Part shown: positions 47,484 through 63,860 of the stretch, in pieces
How positions within the stretch are numbered: position 1 is the stretch's first letter
Layout of the letters: the number at the start of each line of letters is the position of its first letter
Source of the DNA: the human T2T-CHM13v2.0 reference genome, Homo sapiens
Assembly (NCBI RefSeq): GCF_009914755.1
Contig: NC_060928.1
Direction: 5' to 3' (one strand)
Length of the DNA: 64,000 nucleotides
The notes under the pieces: generated by a model
Told to the model about the DNA's origin: nothing
Databases searched by the model: none
Seen by the model: the letters and a program-made list of their open reading frames with translations, nothing else
Position numbers and translations under genes: made by a program

Positions 47484-48636
47484 TGTTGCGGGAAGTCAGG
47501 GATTGCGAATGGATGGACCGGCTAGAGCCGTGGCAGAGGAACATAAATTGTGAAGATTTCATTTTAATATGGACATATGTCAGTTCCCAAAATTAATACC
47601 TTTATAATTTCTTATGCCTGTCTTTCCTGCCATCTCTGAACATAAATTGTGAAGATTTCATGGACATTTATCAGTTCCCAAATAATACTCTTATAATTTC
47701 TTATACCTGTCTTACTTTAATCTCTTAATCCTGTTATCTTTGTAAGCTGAGGATGTACGTCACCTCAGGACCACTATAATTGTATCTAACTGTACAAACT
47801 GATTGTAAAACATGTGTGTTTGAACAATGTAAAATCAGTGCACCTTGAAAAAGAACAGAATAACAGCAATTTTAGGGAACAAGGGAAGACAACCATAAGG
47901 TCTAAGGGCCTGCAGGATCAGGCAAAAAGATCCATATTTTTCTTCTTGCAGAGAGCCTATAAACGGATATGCAAGTAGGAGAGATATTGCTAAATTCTTT
48001 TCCTAGCAAGGAATATTAATATTAAGACCCTGGGAAAGGAATTGCATTCCTTGGGGGAGGTCTGTAAACAGCTGCTCTGGGAGTGTCTGTCTTATGAGGT
48101 TGCAATAAGGACTGAAATACATCCTGGTCTCCTGCAGTACCCTCAGGATTATTAGGGTGGGGAAAAGATCCCATCCTGGTAACTTTGAGTTCAGACCAGT
48201 TCTCTGCTTTCAAACCCTGTTTTCTGTTGTTTAAGATGTTTATCAAGACAATACGTGCACAGCTGAACATAGACCCTTATCAGAAGTTTTTGATTTTGCC
48301 CTTTGCCTTGTGATCTTTGCTTTGCCCTTTGCCTTGTGATCTTTATTGGCCTCAGAAGCATCTGATCTTGTTTTCCTTTTTGCCCTTTGAAGCATGTAAT
48401 CTTGTGACCTACTCCCTGTTCTTGCACCCCACCCCTTTTTGAAATCCTAAGTAAAAACCTGCCTGTTTTGCAGCTCAGGTGGGCATCATGGTCCTACCGA
48501 TATGTGATGTCCCCCCTGGAGGCCCAGCTGTAAAACTCCTCTCTTTTTACTCTTTCTCTTTATTTCTCAGCCAGCCAACACTTATGGAAAATAGAAACAA
48601 CCTATGTAGAAATATTGAGGGCTGGTTCCCCCGATA
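47484..48636 (+). repeat. 3' LTR (MER11), 1153 bp
   Basis: TGTTGCGGGAAGTCAGGGA...GGTTCCCCCGATA. Confidence 0.95.
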
Positions 48637-48642
48637 ACGGAT

Positions 48643-49048
48643 GGACTGAGAAGTCAAACAAGGGCTGGTGAGATAGCCCAAAGATGTAACGGCATGAAGC
48701 TGCTACCACCCTTAAGTTGGAGAGACAAAGGAGGAGACCACATCACCAGCCCAGGAACAAAGTCACTGAGTGACAGGTGAAAGCATGGTGGGCATGTTGG
48801 GAAGAGCTGGAGACAGGCAAGAGTCGCAGATAGAGCCAGAGAATGTGAGGGAGAAATTCCTTGAGTTTTTCTCCCCACTATCCTCCTAGCTCCTGACAGG
48901 GTTTCCTGGTGTATAAACCAAGCTGGAAGCCAGATGAAAAAGAAGTCTGGAAAACTCAGCCCATGTGGGTAAGGCTCCAACAATATGGAGCAGAGCAGGG
49001 CAAGAATAAGAAAGAGATATAAGATAAAAGAGACCAACCACTGGAACA
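48643..49048 (-). mobile_element. LTR33-like ERVL LTR, right piece
   Basis: CTGAGAAGTCAAACAAGGG...GCTACCACCCTTAAG...GCTGGAAGCCAG continues the left piece. Confidence 0.7.
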
Positions 49049-49093
49049 GTCTTTCCCTTTTGTTACTTGGCATCCGTTCTTACCCTTCCACTC

Positions 49094-49791
49094 TGTGTCA
49101 GCCAGAGTTCAGTGTGAAAAACAGAAAGACACACACACACACGCACATACTTAGACACACACAAGGATGCCTGTGTAGACACATATATTTATATAAAGGG
49201 ATTTACTATAGGAGCTTGACCTTGTGCAATTGTGGGACTGATTATGCAGTCTCCATGTGGCTGTTGCTTCAGTTGCTGGCCGAAGGCTATAGGGCAGGCA
49301 ACTGGGCAGTTGGGAAAGGAAGACAGGTGTGAGGGGGGAATCAAGGACACATGAACCTCCATGGATGCGCCACACTCCACGAGGACGGACTGAAACTCCT
49401 ATCAGTCTCTCATCCCCTCCCACCTCCTACACTGATGATGCGAGTGATCTCCAGTGGAATCTGGTGCCCTTCATCATGGAATCCAACATGTACCTGGCCC
49501 AGTGACAAAGCAGCTGAGGCAAGATGTCAGCTGCAGCTGCCTGCTGCCTGCTGCCAACAAGCTGACCAGCACACAAGGGATGATGTGCCCGAGCTGCAAC
49601 ATCATCTTGTGTTTTGCACTGACCTTCCAAGTAGCAGAAGTCAATCATTGCTGCTGCACTTCTGCCCTCCAAATCTTACACATAATGTCTCTTTTGTGGC
49701 CCAGACTAACCCAGAACTACTCAGGAAGGGAGTAGAACATGGAGAACTCAGTTCCAGCTTAGCTAAGTTAACATGCTACAAACCCACCAGA
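49094..49791 (-). mobile_element. ERVL-class LTR (LTR52-like), 3' LTR of the adjacent internal remnant
   Basis: TGTGTCAGCCAGAGTTC...AAAGGGATTTACTATAGGAG...; abuts ERVL internal sequence. Confidence 0.65.
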
Positions 49792-50083
49792 GTTCATACC
49801 AGCATGGAATCTGTACACATCTTTAAATGATACTTAGATTTACTTCCAAATAAAGAGCTCTTTCATCTCATAATGCAACTGTCCATTATATAACCAAACC
49901 CATACTAACTCTTTCTCCAAAAGAGGATCCAAAGTCCCTTTATCCCTCTTTGGGCCATGATTATTTGTCTTCTAACAGAGTCACATTGTCTCCTTGAGAC
50001 GTAAAGATGCATTTAGATGCAGGGGGATGGAAGAAAGGAAAAGAAAAAATAGTTTATATGTATATACATTTGTATCAAAATAA

Positions 50084-50845
<762 letters not shown>

Positions 50846-51239
50846 TCATAGCTGGTATTTATAACTACATTCTCCCATTATTTATTCCATAGTTCCTTTG
50901 CACTTAGCAAATTTGGCTGGACATGATCCCTTGCCTGGTGGATGACCTAAGCCATGATTGCTGAAAGGTCTGGCCATTAGCAGTCCTGATGATGTAGTTT
51001 TCTGTTGACTTTAATCCAGGTCATGAGTACTGAGACACTCCAGGGAAGCTCCTGCATTCCAGACATACTCCTCATACTCCCAATGTATGGTTGCAACCCC
51101 ATTCCCCTTGATAATCAGGGCCAATATCTTAGCCAGTAAAGAACCCCCTTCTTTTTCTATTGATGCATTGACATGAGGAACACAAAGCGGCCAGTTTTAT
51201 GGAAACATTGCTGTGTCCCTGATAGAAGCAGTCCTTCCT

Positions 51240-51582
<343 letters not shown>

Positions 51583-51802
51583 CTAACCGAGCCTAAAGTT
51601 GCATAGATGGGAAGCAAAATGTTCCCTAGAGGATCACTAGGTGTAATAGCGAAATGAGTCAAGCCTGTGAATCCTAATTATAGGAGAAAAAGAACCACAC
51701 CATTGCTGATTTAGAATATCATGCAATCTGGAGGACATTTCCCCAGTTCCACAAAGGGTTGCCACTGAGCTGGTACCATAAGTGGGCCACCAAAAGGCCA
51801 TC

Positions 51803-51928
51803 CCCCTGCACAACAGTGTGCATATAGTTAACAATACTGTATACTTAAAGTTTTGTTACATGAGTAGATTTCATGTTAGGTGTTGTTTTTTTTTTTTTTT
51901 TTTTTTTTTTACCACAATAATAAAAAAT
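51803..51928 (+). mobile_element. Very short L1M 3' end inserted in ERVL
   Basis: ATAGTTAACAATACTGTA...ACCACAATAA; TSD AAAGGCCATC (51793-51802, 51929-51938). Confidence 0.8.
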
Positions 51929-52379
51929 AAAGGCCATCTCACCATTCTATCAGGCCAGCTCTTTCAGAAAATGGGAAACATGGCCAGTCACCTGCTAGCA
52001 GGTGACTGATTACAAAAGATCACTTTCATAATGGAAGTGGCAGCACTTTGTTCTCACTGCGATCGACACTTATTCTGGATACTCATTTGCCTTCCAGGCC
52101 TGCAGTGTGTCTGCCTAAACCATGACCTGTGAACTTATGGAATGCCTCATTCATTGCTGTGGTATTGCACATGCCACTGCTTCAGACTTAAGTAGCCATT
52201 CATATTTCAGATAGTGCCCAGCCTATCTGGCAGAACCCTCTGTAAATCAGACCTGAATTTTGTCTTCTGTAGTCAAGTGGTCATAGGGTGCTCCTGATGA
52301 GGTCCTAGCTGCAGGGTGAGAGGACAGTAACTAAGGCAAACAGGGATTTGAGGTATGCTGGGAGTACAGGAGGATGGGA

Positions 52380-53450
52380 ACTTGGTTTTCTCTTACAATC
52401 TGAAATACTTAGCTTAGCCACACATGGCTCAGGGCTGGAATTCTTGCTGATAGTTGTTTTTGGGGAGATGCTCCCTTGTCTCTGAGCGTATGAATTCGTC
52501 ATCTTTCTTGCAAACTCATTTCTTCTGTATTTCTCATTTTAATGAAAGGCACCACACTGTACCACTTATCCAAGCCAAATCCTACCCTCTATTTCCGCCC
52601 ATATATTTGAACAGCCCTCAGTACATTTTTTTCCTAGAATGTACTCCAATGCCCTTTCCCTCCTCTCTGCTCCCATTGCTGCCACTCTAGCTCACGCCTG
52701 CTTTACTTCTCTGCTGGATTATGGCAACAAACTTTTAACTGGCTTCCCTGCTCGCAGTCCCGCCACCTTCCTCAAACTCCTCCAAGCCCAAGGCCCTGCT
52801 GATCTTGCCCATACTGCATTCATCACACTTCCTTCCCTGGGCAATGCCGTTCCCTCATTCTCCCACACTCACCCTTGGCTCCAGCCACAGCGAATTAGCT
52901 GCTGTTCCTCAAATGCAAGGAGCCATTTTATATCCCTGTGCTTTTGTCTGTGCTATTCTTGCTAGCACCAATGTCCTCCTCGTCTTCTACAGGTTTCAAA
53001 ACTCAGTTTGTGTCACCTGCTTTGCATTGCCCTCCTTGAGCTCTCCCCTCTGGTATAGCTGCCTCTCCTTCTTCCTCCTCAGCACCCTGTGCAACCAGCT
53101 TGCATGACACTGAGCGGGGGCACCTCTGCTCACAGATGTTGCTGTCTGTCTTTGTCACCAAGGCGTAAGTTGCTGGACTCATTTGTCTTGTATTCCCAGT
53201 TTCCTGGACAGTGCTTGGCATGCTGTGGTGCTCAATAAAAGTGGGTTGAATGCCTATTTGAGTAAATTTCTCAATGGTGATAATTCAGTGAATGCTTTGT
53301 TTGTTCTCATCTGTGGCACTTGACCCTGCTGACCATTTCCTCCTCGAAACTCTCCTCCTTCAGTTCCTCGGTGTCACACTCCTCTGGTTCTTCTCCTACT
53401 GCTCGGGCCAGCCCCTCTCTGTCTTCTTCATTGAAATCTTCTTCTGGTCA
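52380..53450 (+). mobile_element. L2 fragments
   Basis: CAGTGCTTGGCA...GCTCAATAAAAG...TTGAATG end at ~53255, further L2 to ~53450. Confidence 0.65.
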
Positions 53451-53454
53451 ATCT

Positions 53455-54342
<888 letters not shown>

Positions 54343-54857
54343 TCTTCCATTCAATCTTTACATATGATACATTGCATACAATTCACTCATTTAAAGTATA
54401 CAATTCCATTGTTTTTGGTGTACTGCATTATTAAGTTATTACATATTTATTATATTATTAATTTTTGAAAATTATGGTAAAATGTATATACCATAAAACC
54501 TATCATTAAGCATTTTTACATGTGCAGTTCAGTAGCATTAAGTACATTCACATGTTGTGCAGTCATCATCACTATTTGCAAAACTTTTTCATCACCCCAA
54601 ACAGAAACTCTATAACCATTAAGCAATAGCTCCCCATTCTCCACTCTCTCCAGCTCCTGGTAAACTTTAATCTTCTTTCTGTCCCCATGAATTTGCCTAT
54701 TGTAGGTACCTCCTATAAGTGGAATCATACAATATTTGTGCTTTCATGACTGGGTTATTTCACTTAGCATAATGTTTTCCGGTTCATCTGTGTTGTAGCA
54801 TGTGTCAGAATTTCATTCCTTTTTATGGCTGAATGATATTTCACCGTATGCATATAA

Positions 54858-55182
<325 letters not shown>

Positions 55183-55555
55183 TGTTTTACCATTTGTCTC
55201 TTGATGGAGACAGATTGTTTCCACCTTTAGGCTTTTGTGAATCATGCAGTTATGAATGTTGGCATACAAGTATCTGAGTTCCTGCTTTCAATCCCTTTGT
55301 GTACCCACCTAGGAGTGGCATCACTGACTCATATCATAATTCTGTGCTTAGCTTTTTCAGGAACAACCAAACTGTTCTTCATAGCAGCTGCACCATTTGT
55401 TTATTCCTATCAGCAATGTATGATGGTTCCAATTTCTCCAACACCTATTTTCCATTTTTAATACCATAGCTATCCCAGCAAGTGTAAAATGGCATCTCAT
55501 TGTGGCTTTGATTTGTATTTCCCTAATGACTAGTCATGTTGAGCATCTTTTCATG

Positions 55556-55818
55556 TTGCCATGTCTGAATGTTCGTGTCCCCCACTCCCCAAATTTTTAT
55601 GTTGAAACCTAATTGCCAATGTGACAGTATTAAGAAGCTGGGCCTTTAGGAAGCAATTAGTCTTCTATGAACCAGAAGACAGCCTTCACCACACATCAAA
55701 TCTGCCAGCACCTTGATCTGGGACTTCCCAGCCTCCAGAACTTGAGAAGCAAATTTTCGTTTTTAAGAAACTGCTTAGTCTATGATATTTTGTTGTAGGA
55801 GCCTGAATAGACCAAGAC
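55556..55818 (+). mobile_element. MST-like LTR (internally deleted)
   Basis: TGCCATGTCTGAATGTT...CACCTTGATCTGGGACTTCCCAGCCTCCAGAAC. Confidence 0.75.
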
Positions 55819-55929
55819 GGCCATTTGCGTATCTTTGGAGAAATGTCTATTTACATTCTTTGCCCATTTTTGAATTGAGATGTTCGCTTTTATATTGTTG
55901 AGTTTTAAGTGTTCATTATATAATCTGGG

Positions 55930-57600
<1,671 letters not shown>

Positions 57601-57949
57601 CTGGCAATACTTTGGAGATATTGTGGGTTTGGTTCCAGATGATCTCAATAAAGCAAATAACATAAAAAGTGAGTGGGTTGAATCACAAAAATTTGTTGGT
57701 TTTCTAGTACATATAAAAGTAACTATACTGTAGTCTATTGTGTGCAATAGTATTGCACTGGAGAAACAATGTACATACCTTAATTAAAAAATACCTTATT
57801 GCTGAAAAATGCTGACACAGAGACCCAAAGTGAGCATGCACTGTTGGATAAATGACACAGATAGACTTGCTCAACACAGGGTTGCCACAAACCAATACAA
57901 TATTTGCAAAGTGCAATGAGGCTAAGCACAATAAAACGAGGTATTCCTG
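57601..57949. mobile_element. Tigger2a-like element
   Basis: GGAGATATTGTGGGTTTGGTTCCAGA...CACAATAAAACGAGGTAT. Confidence 0.8.
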
Positions 57950-57990
57950 AGTATAAATTTTGAACTGTTTAATCAAAACCTCATGGAGTA

Positions 57991-58320
57991 GGCCGGGTAT
58001 GGTGGCTCATGCCTGTAATCCCAGCACTTTGGGAGGCCGAAACAGGCAGATCGCCGGAGGTCAGGAGTTCGAGACGAGCTTGGCCAACATGGTGAAACCC
58101 CATCTCTACTAAAAATACAAAAATTAGCCAGGCATGGTGGCACGCGCCTGTAATCCAAGCTACTCGGGAGGGTGAGGCAGGAGAATCACTTGAACCCAGG
58201 AGGCAAAGGTTTCAGTGAGTTGAGATCATGCCACTGCACTCCAGCCTGGGTAACATAGCAAGACTCCATCTCAAAAAAAAAAAAAAAAAGAAACGAAAAC
58301 AAACAAACAACAACCCAGAA
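57991..58320 (+). mobile_element. AluS
   Basis: TSD ending CCTCATGGAGTA; compound A-rich tail. Confidence 0.95.
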
Positions 58321-58434
58321 AAAACCCTCATGGAGTAGAACTTCTAAACAGGTCAAATTCCCACCACTAAGGAGAGCATTCAGGGAAGTGCCCCCTGCTA
58401 CTTGTCTCTCCCTGTCCCCAAAGGAGCACAACTC

Positions 58435-58729
58435 TTTTTTTTTTTTTTGAGATGGAGTCTCGCTCTGCCAGGCTGGAGTGCAGTGGCGCCATCTCAGCTC
58501 ACTGCAACCTCCTCCTCCTCCCTCATTCAAGAGATTCTCCTGCCTCAGCCTCCTGAGTAGCTGGGACTACAGGTGCATGCCACCACACCAGGCTAATTTT
58601 TTTGTATTTTTAGCAGAGGCGGGGTTTCACCATGTTAGCCAGGATGGTCTCGATCTCCTGACCTTATGATCCGCCCGCCTCGGCCTCCCAAAGTGCTGGG
58701 ATTACAGGCGTGAGCCACCACGCCTGGCC
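58435..58729 (-). mobile_element. Alu (Sc/Y-like)
   Basis: TTAGCCAGGATGGTCTCGATCTCCTGACC. Confidence 0.95.
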
Positions 58730-59167
58730 AAAAGAGAGCAACTCTTAACTGTAGGAGGCTGGACTCACAATTATTGCCTGCACTCAGTTGTGGCTGCATT
58801 TCAGCTTCATGTAACTTTAACTTTATTCAAGTACAAAAATCATATGTCTTAAATAAGGCAAGCTGCCCCATTGAGTGGGTTGAGAATTACTTAGGTCAGC
58901 AGACAGTGCTAGTTTGCCATCTAAGGGGATAGCAGAGTGGTTTTTGGGAATAGCAGGTGTTGGAGGTCCACAGGTATCAAAGTGATCTTATGATCACCGC
59001 CCAGCTTCGAGAAAACCCTGATCCCAGACCCCAGGCCTTATTGGCCTCATCAAGCAGAAGCTGCTTTATTTATTTCACTTCGCACACACACTCTCTCTCT
59101 CTCTCTCTCTATATATATATGTATATATATAATTTTCCCTCTGGGAGGGGACAAATTCTTTGGGATT

Positions 59168-59428
59168 TCTTTTCTTTTAGAGACAGGATCTGGCTCTGTT
59201 ACCCTTGCAAAGTGCAGTGGTGCAATCACAGCTCACTGCAGCCTCCAACTTCTGGGCTCAAGTGATCCTCCTGCCTCATCCTCCCGCCTCATCCTCCCAA
59301 GTAGCGGGACTGCAGTTGTCTGCCACCACATCTGGCTAGTTACAAAAATTTTATTTTATTTTTTTGTAAAACGTGGACTGTCTACGTTGGCCAGGCTGGT
59401 CACAAACTCCTGGCCTCAAGTGATCCTC
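59168..59428 (-). mobile_element. AluJ, truncated
   Basis: Diverged reverse Alu. Confidence 0.85.
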
Positions 59429-60125
59429 ATTCTTTGGGGTTTCTTAATTTTATATGACTTTCTTCTAAACAAGGCACCATGTAGCCTGGCCTGGGACACT
59501 TCTGGGTTGAACAGACCCTCTGCTTTAAACTTTCAACCTGAAGACAACTCTGCTACCTCTACAGTCACCCAGGTTATATCAGGTAGATCTAGGACGCCTT
59601 CTCAGCACCATCTTCCAGGTTAGAAAAATCTCAGAGAATGAGGGAGTTCTATGAACTCCAGGAATGGTCTGCTTTGGAGGACATCCAAAGGAGAGTGAAC
59701 AGAGAAAGGACAGCTTTTCACAAAGAAGTGGACACTGGTGATGTTCTGGTCATCAATAGAGACCTCCAAACCAGATCTATCCAGGTAACTATGTGAGGCT
59801 CCTGGGAGGGAAGATTAATCTTAAAATTACTTGGATCATTTCAGCCATATTTACCCTTAGTGTCACACAATTGATGAGCTTCATTTGTTAGTGAGCATAT
59901 TGTAACCTAGGACTTCTCCTGTGACCTCTAGGGGTCAAACATCTTTATTAAGCACAAAGTTGCACCCACTACTCAGAATTAAAATAAAATAAAATAAGTG
60001 ATTCGGTCCTGTTATGGACTGAGTTGTATCCTCCCACTTCCAAAGTCATATGTTGAAGCCCTAGCTCCCAGTACCTCAGAATATGACTGTATTTGGAGAC
60101 AGGCCACGTGATAGGCCGGGTGATA

Positions 60126-60424
<299 letters not shown>

Positions 60425-60683
60425 GGTGGTGGGGTTGTGGTGATGAAGTTAAAATAAGGCTGTTAGGATGGGCTCTAATGCAATCTGACTGGTGTCCGAA
60501 AAGGAGATTAGGACACACAGAGAGACACCAGGGTGCACATAGAAAAGACCCTGTGAGGACACAGTGAGAAGGCAGCTATCTGCAAGCCCAGGAGAGAGGT
60601 ATCGGAAGAAACAAAACCTATCCACACCTTGATCTTGGACTTACAGCTTCCAGAACTGTGAGAAAATAGATCTCTGAGAAAAT

Positions 60684-60747
60684 AGAAGGCTTCATTTTCC
60701 TAAATAGCACTCTTTTTTGACGTTCTCCCTGCAGCTGGTCTCCCTCA
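60684..60747 (+). repeat. Direct duplicate of 61252-61315
   Basis: 59/64 identical (hand count), offset 568 bp. Confidence 0.92.
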
Positions 60748-60827
60748 AGCTGGTTTAAGCCACATAGTGTGTGGTACTTTATTATGGCAGCCACATCAGG
60801 CTAAGACAGGGCCCTTAGATTAGCACT

Positions 60828-60966
60828 TGTGTGTTGTGTGCATGTTCATGTGTATGTGTATGTTATGATATGTGCATGTTATGGTGTTATGAGATGTGTG
60901 TGTGTTATGATATGTGTGTGTTGTGCATGTCTGTGTTATGGTGTGTGTGTGTGTGTGTGTGTGCGT
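60828..60966. repeat. Degenerate (TG)n tract
   Basis: Directly visible. Confidence 0.9.
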
Positions 60967-61367
60967 GTTGGGTAAGCAGGCAGGAAGGGATATGTCTGGG
61001 AAATGCCCCTCCAGTTGCTACAGGGAACTGCAGGTCTTGATTCTCCCTACCACCCATCTTGCCTGCTCCTCTCTGTCTTCAGGACACACTATTCTCTGAT
61101 GTGGGTGGAACTAGTGCCCTTGTGTCAGAGATGGAGAGAAAATAGAATCAGAGATGTGGGTTAGCAGTAGGATGGGGAAGGAAGAAAGAAGCGAATTCAT
61201 TTATAGTCTGCCGAGAGCCATCCAAGGATCCCGGTGGGAGACGGGGCAGGCAGAAGGCTTCATTTTCCTAAATAGAACTCTGTTTTGACATTCTCCCTGC
61301 AGCTGGCCTCCCCCACGCCTGTCTCGCCAAGTGAACTGATAAAAAGCAACAGGATTTTAGCCTTCCA

Positions 61368-61385
61368 CTGCGCCATCTGGTGGCG
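61368..61385 (-). promoter_or_regulatory. Strong CTCF motif
   Basis: Minus strand GCCACCAGATGGCGCAG, exact match to CCASYAGRKGGCRS, in non-repeat DNA with CpGs retained. Confidence 0.65.
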
Positions 61386-61487
61386 TTCAGGGAGAGGTAC
61401 AGTGGTTCTTGTGCATACACAGTCTATCCCAAACTTAACGCCTTCCTTTCTTTAAGAGGAGTGGATACAATGACTCCTGGGAAGAAA

Positions 61488-61700
61488 GCAATAGTGCAAA
61501 GAGCACTGGACTGGAGTCAAAAGTGGACTCTATCTCTGCATCTTATTAGCTGTACGATCTTGGGCAAGTTAAGTAATAACCTCTTTGCGACTCAGTTTCT
61601 ATATGTAAGAAATATGAATCACTAATACCAACAGGATTTTGTGAGAATTCATTGAGAAAAAAGCACCCAGAACAGTACAGTATCAGGGATGTGGTGCCTT
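61488..61700 (+). mobile_element. MIR
   Basis: AGAGCACTGGACTGGAGTCA...TTGGGCAAGTT...CTCAGTTTC. Confidence 0.8.
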
Positions 61701-62295
61701 TGTTAATGATTCACGCCACTTTCCCTTCTTTCTCTCTTCTTGTATTTCTTTCTCTTCCCATGATTTTGTGACTGATCAAAAGTTTTTAGTGCCTTTTATG
61801 AAATTAGCTGGGGGAGGGCTGTTGGGAGAACCTGAGAGTTGGGAGGGCAGGAGGGTGCAGGTCATGGGAGCCTCAGCTGGGACTGGGAGACCACCAGGCC
61901 CTGCCCCTCATTTGGTCATTTGCAGGAATCAGAGCTAGTGTCACAGGCCTGCCCCTGACTTCTTGCTGCAGAAGGGATCTCACCTACCTATGACCAGAAA
62001 CAAGAGGTGGTGAGCTCCCCATCACTTTAGGCATTCAGACCTAGATGATTTACATTATCAATTTTAAGACAGGCTTCAGGTCTGGGAATATTATGAGTTT
62101 ATGAACTAAAGCAACGTTTACAAGAATGTAAGTCAAAGGCACCAATTATCTAAATAACACCTGATAGACTAACATGATGCACATGTAGAACATTTACAAT
62201 TTTGGTTAAAGATGAGAGGGAGAAGAATGAGGAGAGTTACACATTGAGAAAGGGTTCTAACATATTAGAAAATAAAAAAATATTTTCCCCTCCCA

Positions 62296-62602
62296 GTTTT
62301 TTGTTTTGTTTTGTTTTGTTTTTTAAGACAGAATCTTGGTCTGTCGCCCATGCTGGAGTGCAGTGGTACACTGTCAACTCACTGCAACCTCCGCCTCCTG
62401 GGTTCAAGCGATTCTCCTGCCTCAGCCTCCTGAGTAGCTGAGACTACAGGTGCCTGCCACCACGCCCAGCTAATTTTTTTATTTTTAGTACGGACGGGGT
62501 TTCACCATATTGGCCAGGCTGGTCTTGAACTCCTGACCTTGTGATCTACATGCCTTGGTCTCCCAAAGTGCTGGGATTACAGGCGTGAGCCACTGCGCCT
62601 GC
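62296..62602 (-). mobile_element. AluS
   Basis: Reverse Alu; TSD CCTCCCAGTTTTT. Confidence 0.93.
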
Positions 62603-62640
62603 ACTTCTCCTCCCAGTTTTTAAAAAATATATATCTGATG

Positions 62641-62705
62641 GGCCAAGAGAGATCTTGCCACTGCACTCCAGTCTGGGCAATGGAGCAAGACCCTGTCTCA
62701 AATAA

Positions 62706-62752
<47 letters not shown>
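62641..62752 (+). mobile_element. Alu 3' stub with (TAAA)n tail
   Basis: ~60 bp of Alu end; flanking ATCTGATG repeat. Confidence 0.85.
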
Positions 62753-63444
62753 ATCTGATGATATCTCTCCTGCCAGCGTTGTGGGGCATGCTTGTTTGTA
62801 TATGGCAGCTCTTGTGGAAGCCACGCTTTTTCCTGGGGTCGCTTCTGTCTTCTTTAACACCCTGTTCTGGAAATACGTAATTCAGCTGGTCAAGAGTCCC
62901 AGCCTGACACCTGCAAAATATTTCTCACACAGGAAACAAGAATCAGGGACAGACCCTTAAGCCTTCTTGGGGCCCTGTGGTCTCAAGATCAATGACCTTG
63001 ACCATCTTTGGTGACCTGGGCTCCCACTTCTTGTCATTTCTAATGGACTCACAGGCACTTCAAACCTAGCCCCCTCCTTTGGTCTAAATTCTGTGGCAGT
63101 AAATTGCCCCATCATTAATGTATCTAGCTGTTCAGAAACCAGAAATGTGGAAATCCTTAACTCCTCTTTTCTCTCCCTCTTTGCTTTATCAGGCACGTCC
63201 AGTGCAGCGCCCAATTTTCTGGAGCTCATCCTGTCTCCTGAATTTTCAATCATGCACTCTACCTTGGCTCTGCTGTGGCCAGCTGACTTCCGGTGGGGCC
63301 TCTGCAATCCTGCCACCTAAGGGCCACCAGCCATACTCCTGGTGTCCCTGGCTCCTGTCTGAAGTGCCACACTTGCAGGGCATGGGGTGGTATCACTGGA
63401 GCCAAATGATGAACCCTGGGAAGCTGAGTTGTTACCTTGCAATG

Positions 63445-63860
63445 AGGTTGTTCTGGTGACTACTCAGGTGTGACAAAGTACCCCAAAGTTTAGGGGTTTA
63501 TAACAACCATTTAATTAGGCTCTAATGAGTTATGTGGGTCAGTAGGGCACGGTAGGACTGGCATGTCTCTGCTCTTCAATGTCTGAGGCCTCAGCTGAGG
63601 AGACAATGGCTGGGAGTGCCCCCACAGCTGTGGGCTAGAATCATATGAACGTATATCCATGCAGGTGGGGCTGCGTGCTGGGGCCATAGCTGGAGCTGTC
63701 ACCCAGAGCCCTTACACGTGGGCTCACATGGTGCCCTTCGGGTAGCTGATTTCTCTCATGGCAGCCGAGGGCTCCAAGCATGAGGGCCCCGGTGAATAAA
63801 GCAGAAGCTGCCCAGCATCACTCCTGCTGCGTGTCCCCACCTCAAGACGGGAGAAATGGC
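63445..63860 (-). mobile_element. Old MLT1 LTR fragment
   Basis: GTGTGACAAAGTACCCCAAAGTTTAGGGG...AACAACCATTT. Confidence 0.65.

Noticed and set aside
49351-49830. 159-aa ORF in the ERVL LTR as a gene
   Set aside because: Only a short part is in the APOA4-like frame; the similarity is split across three frames with stops
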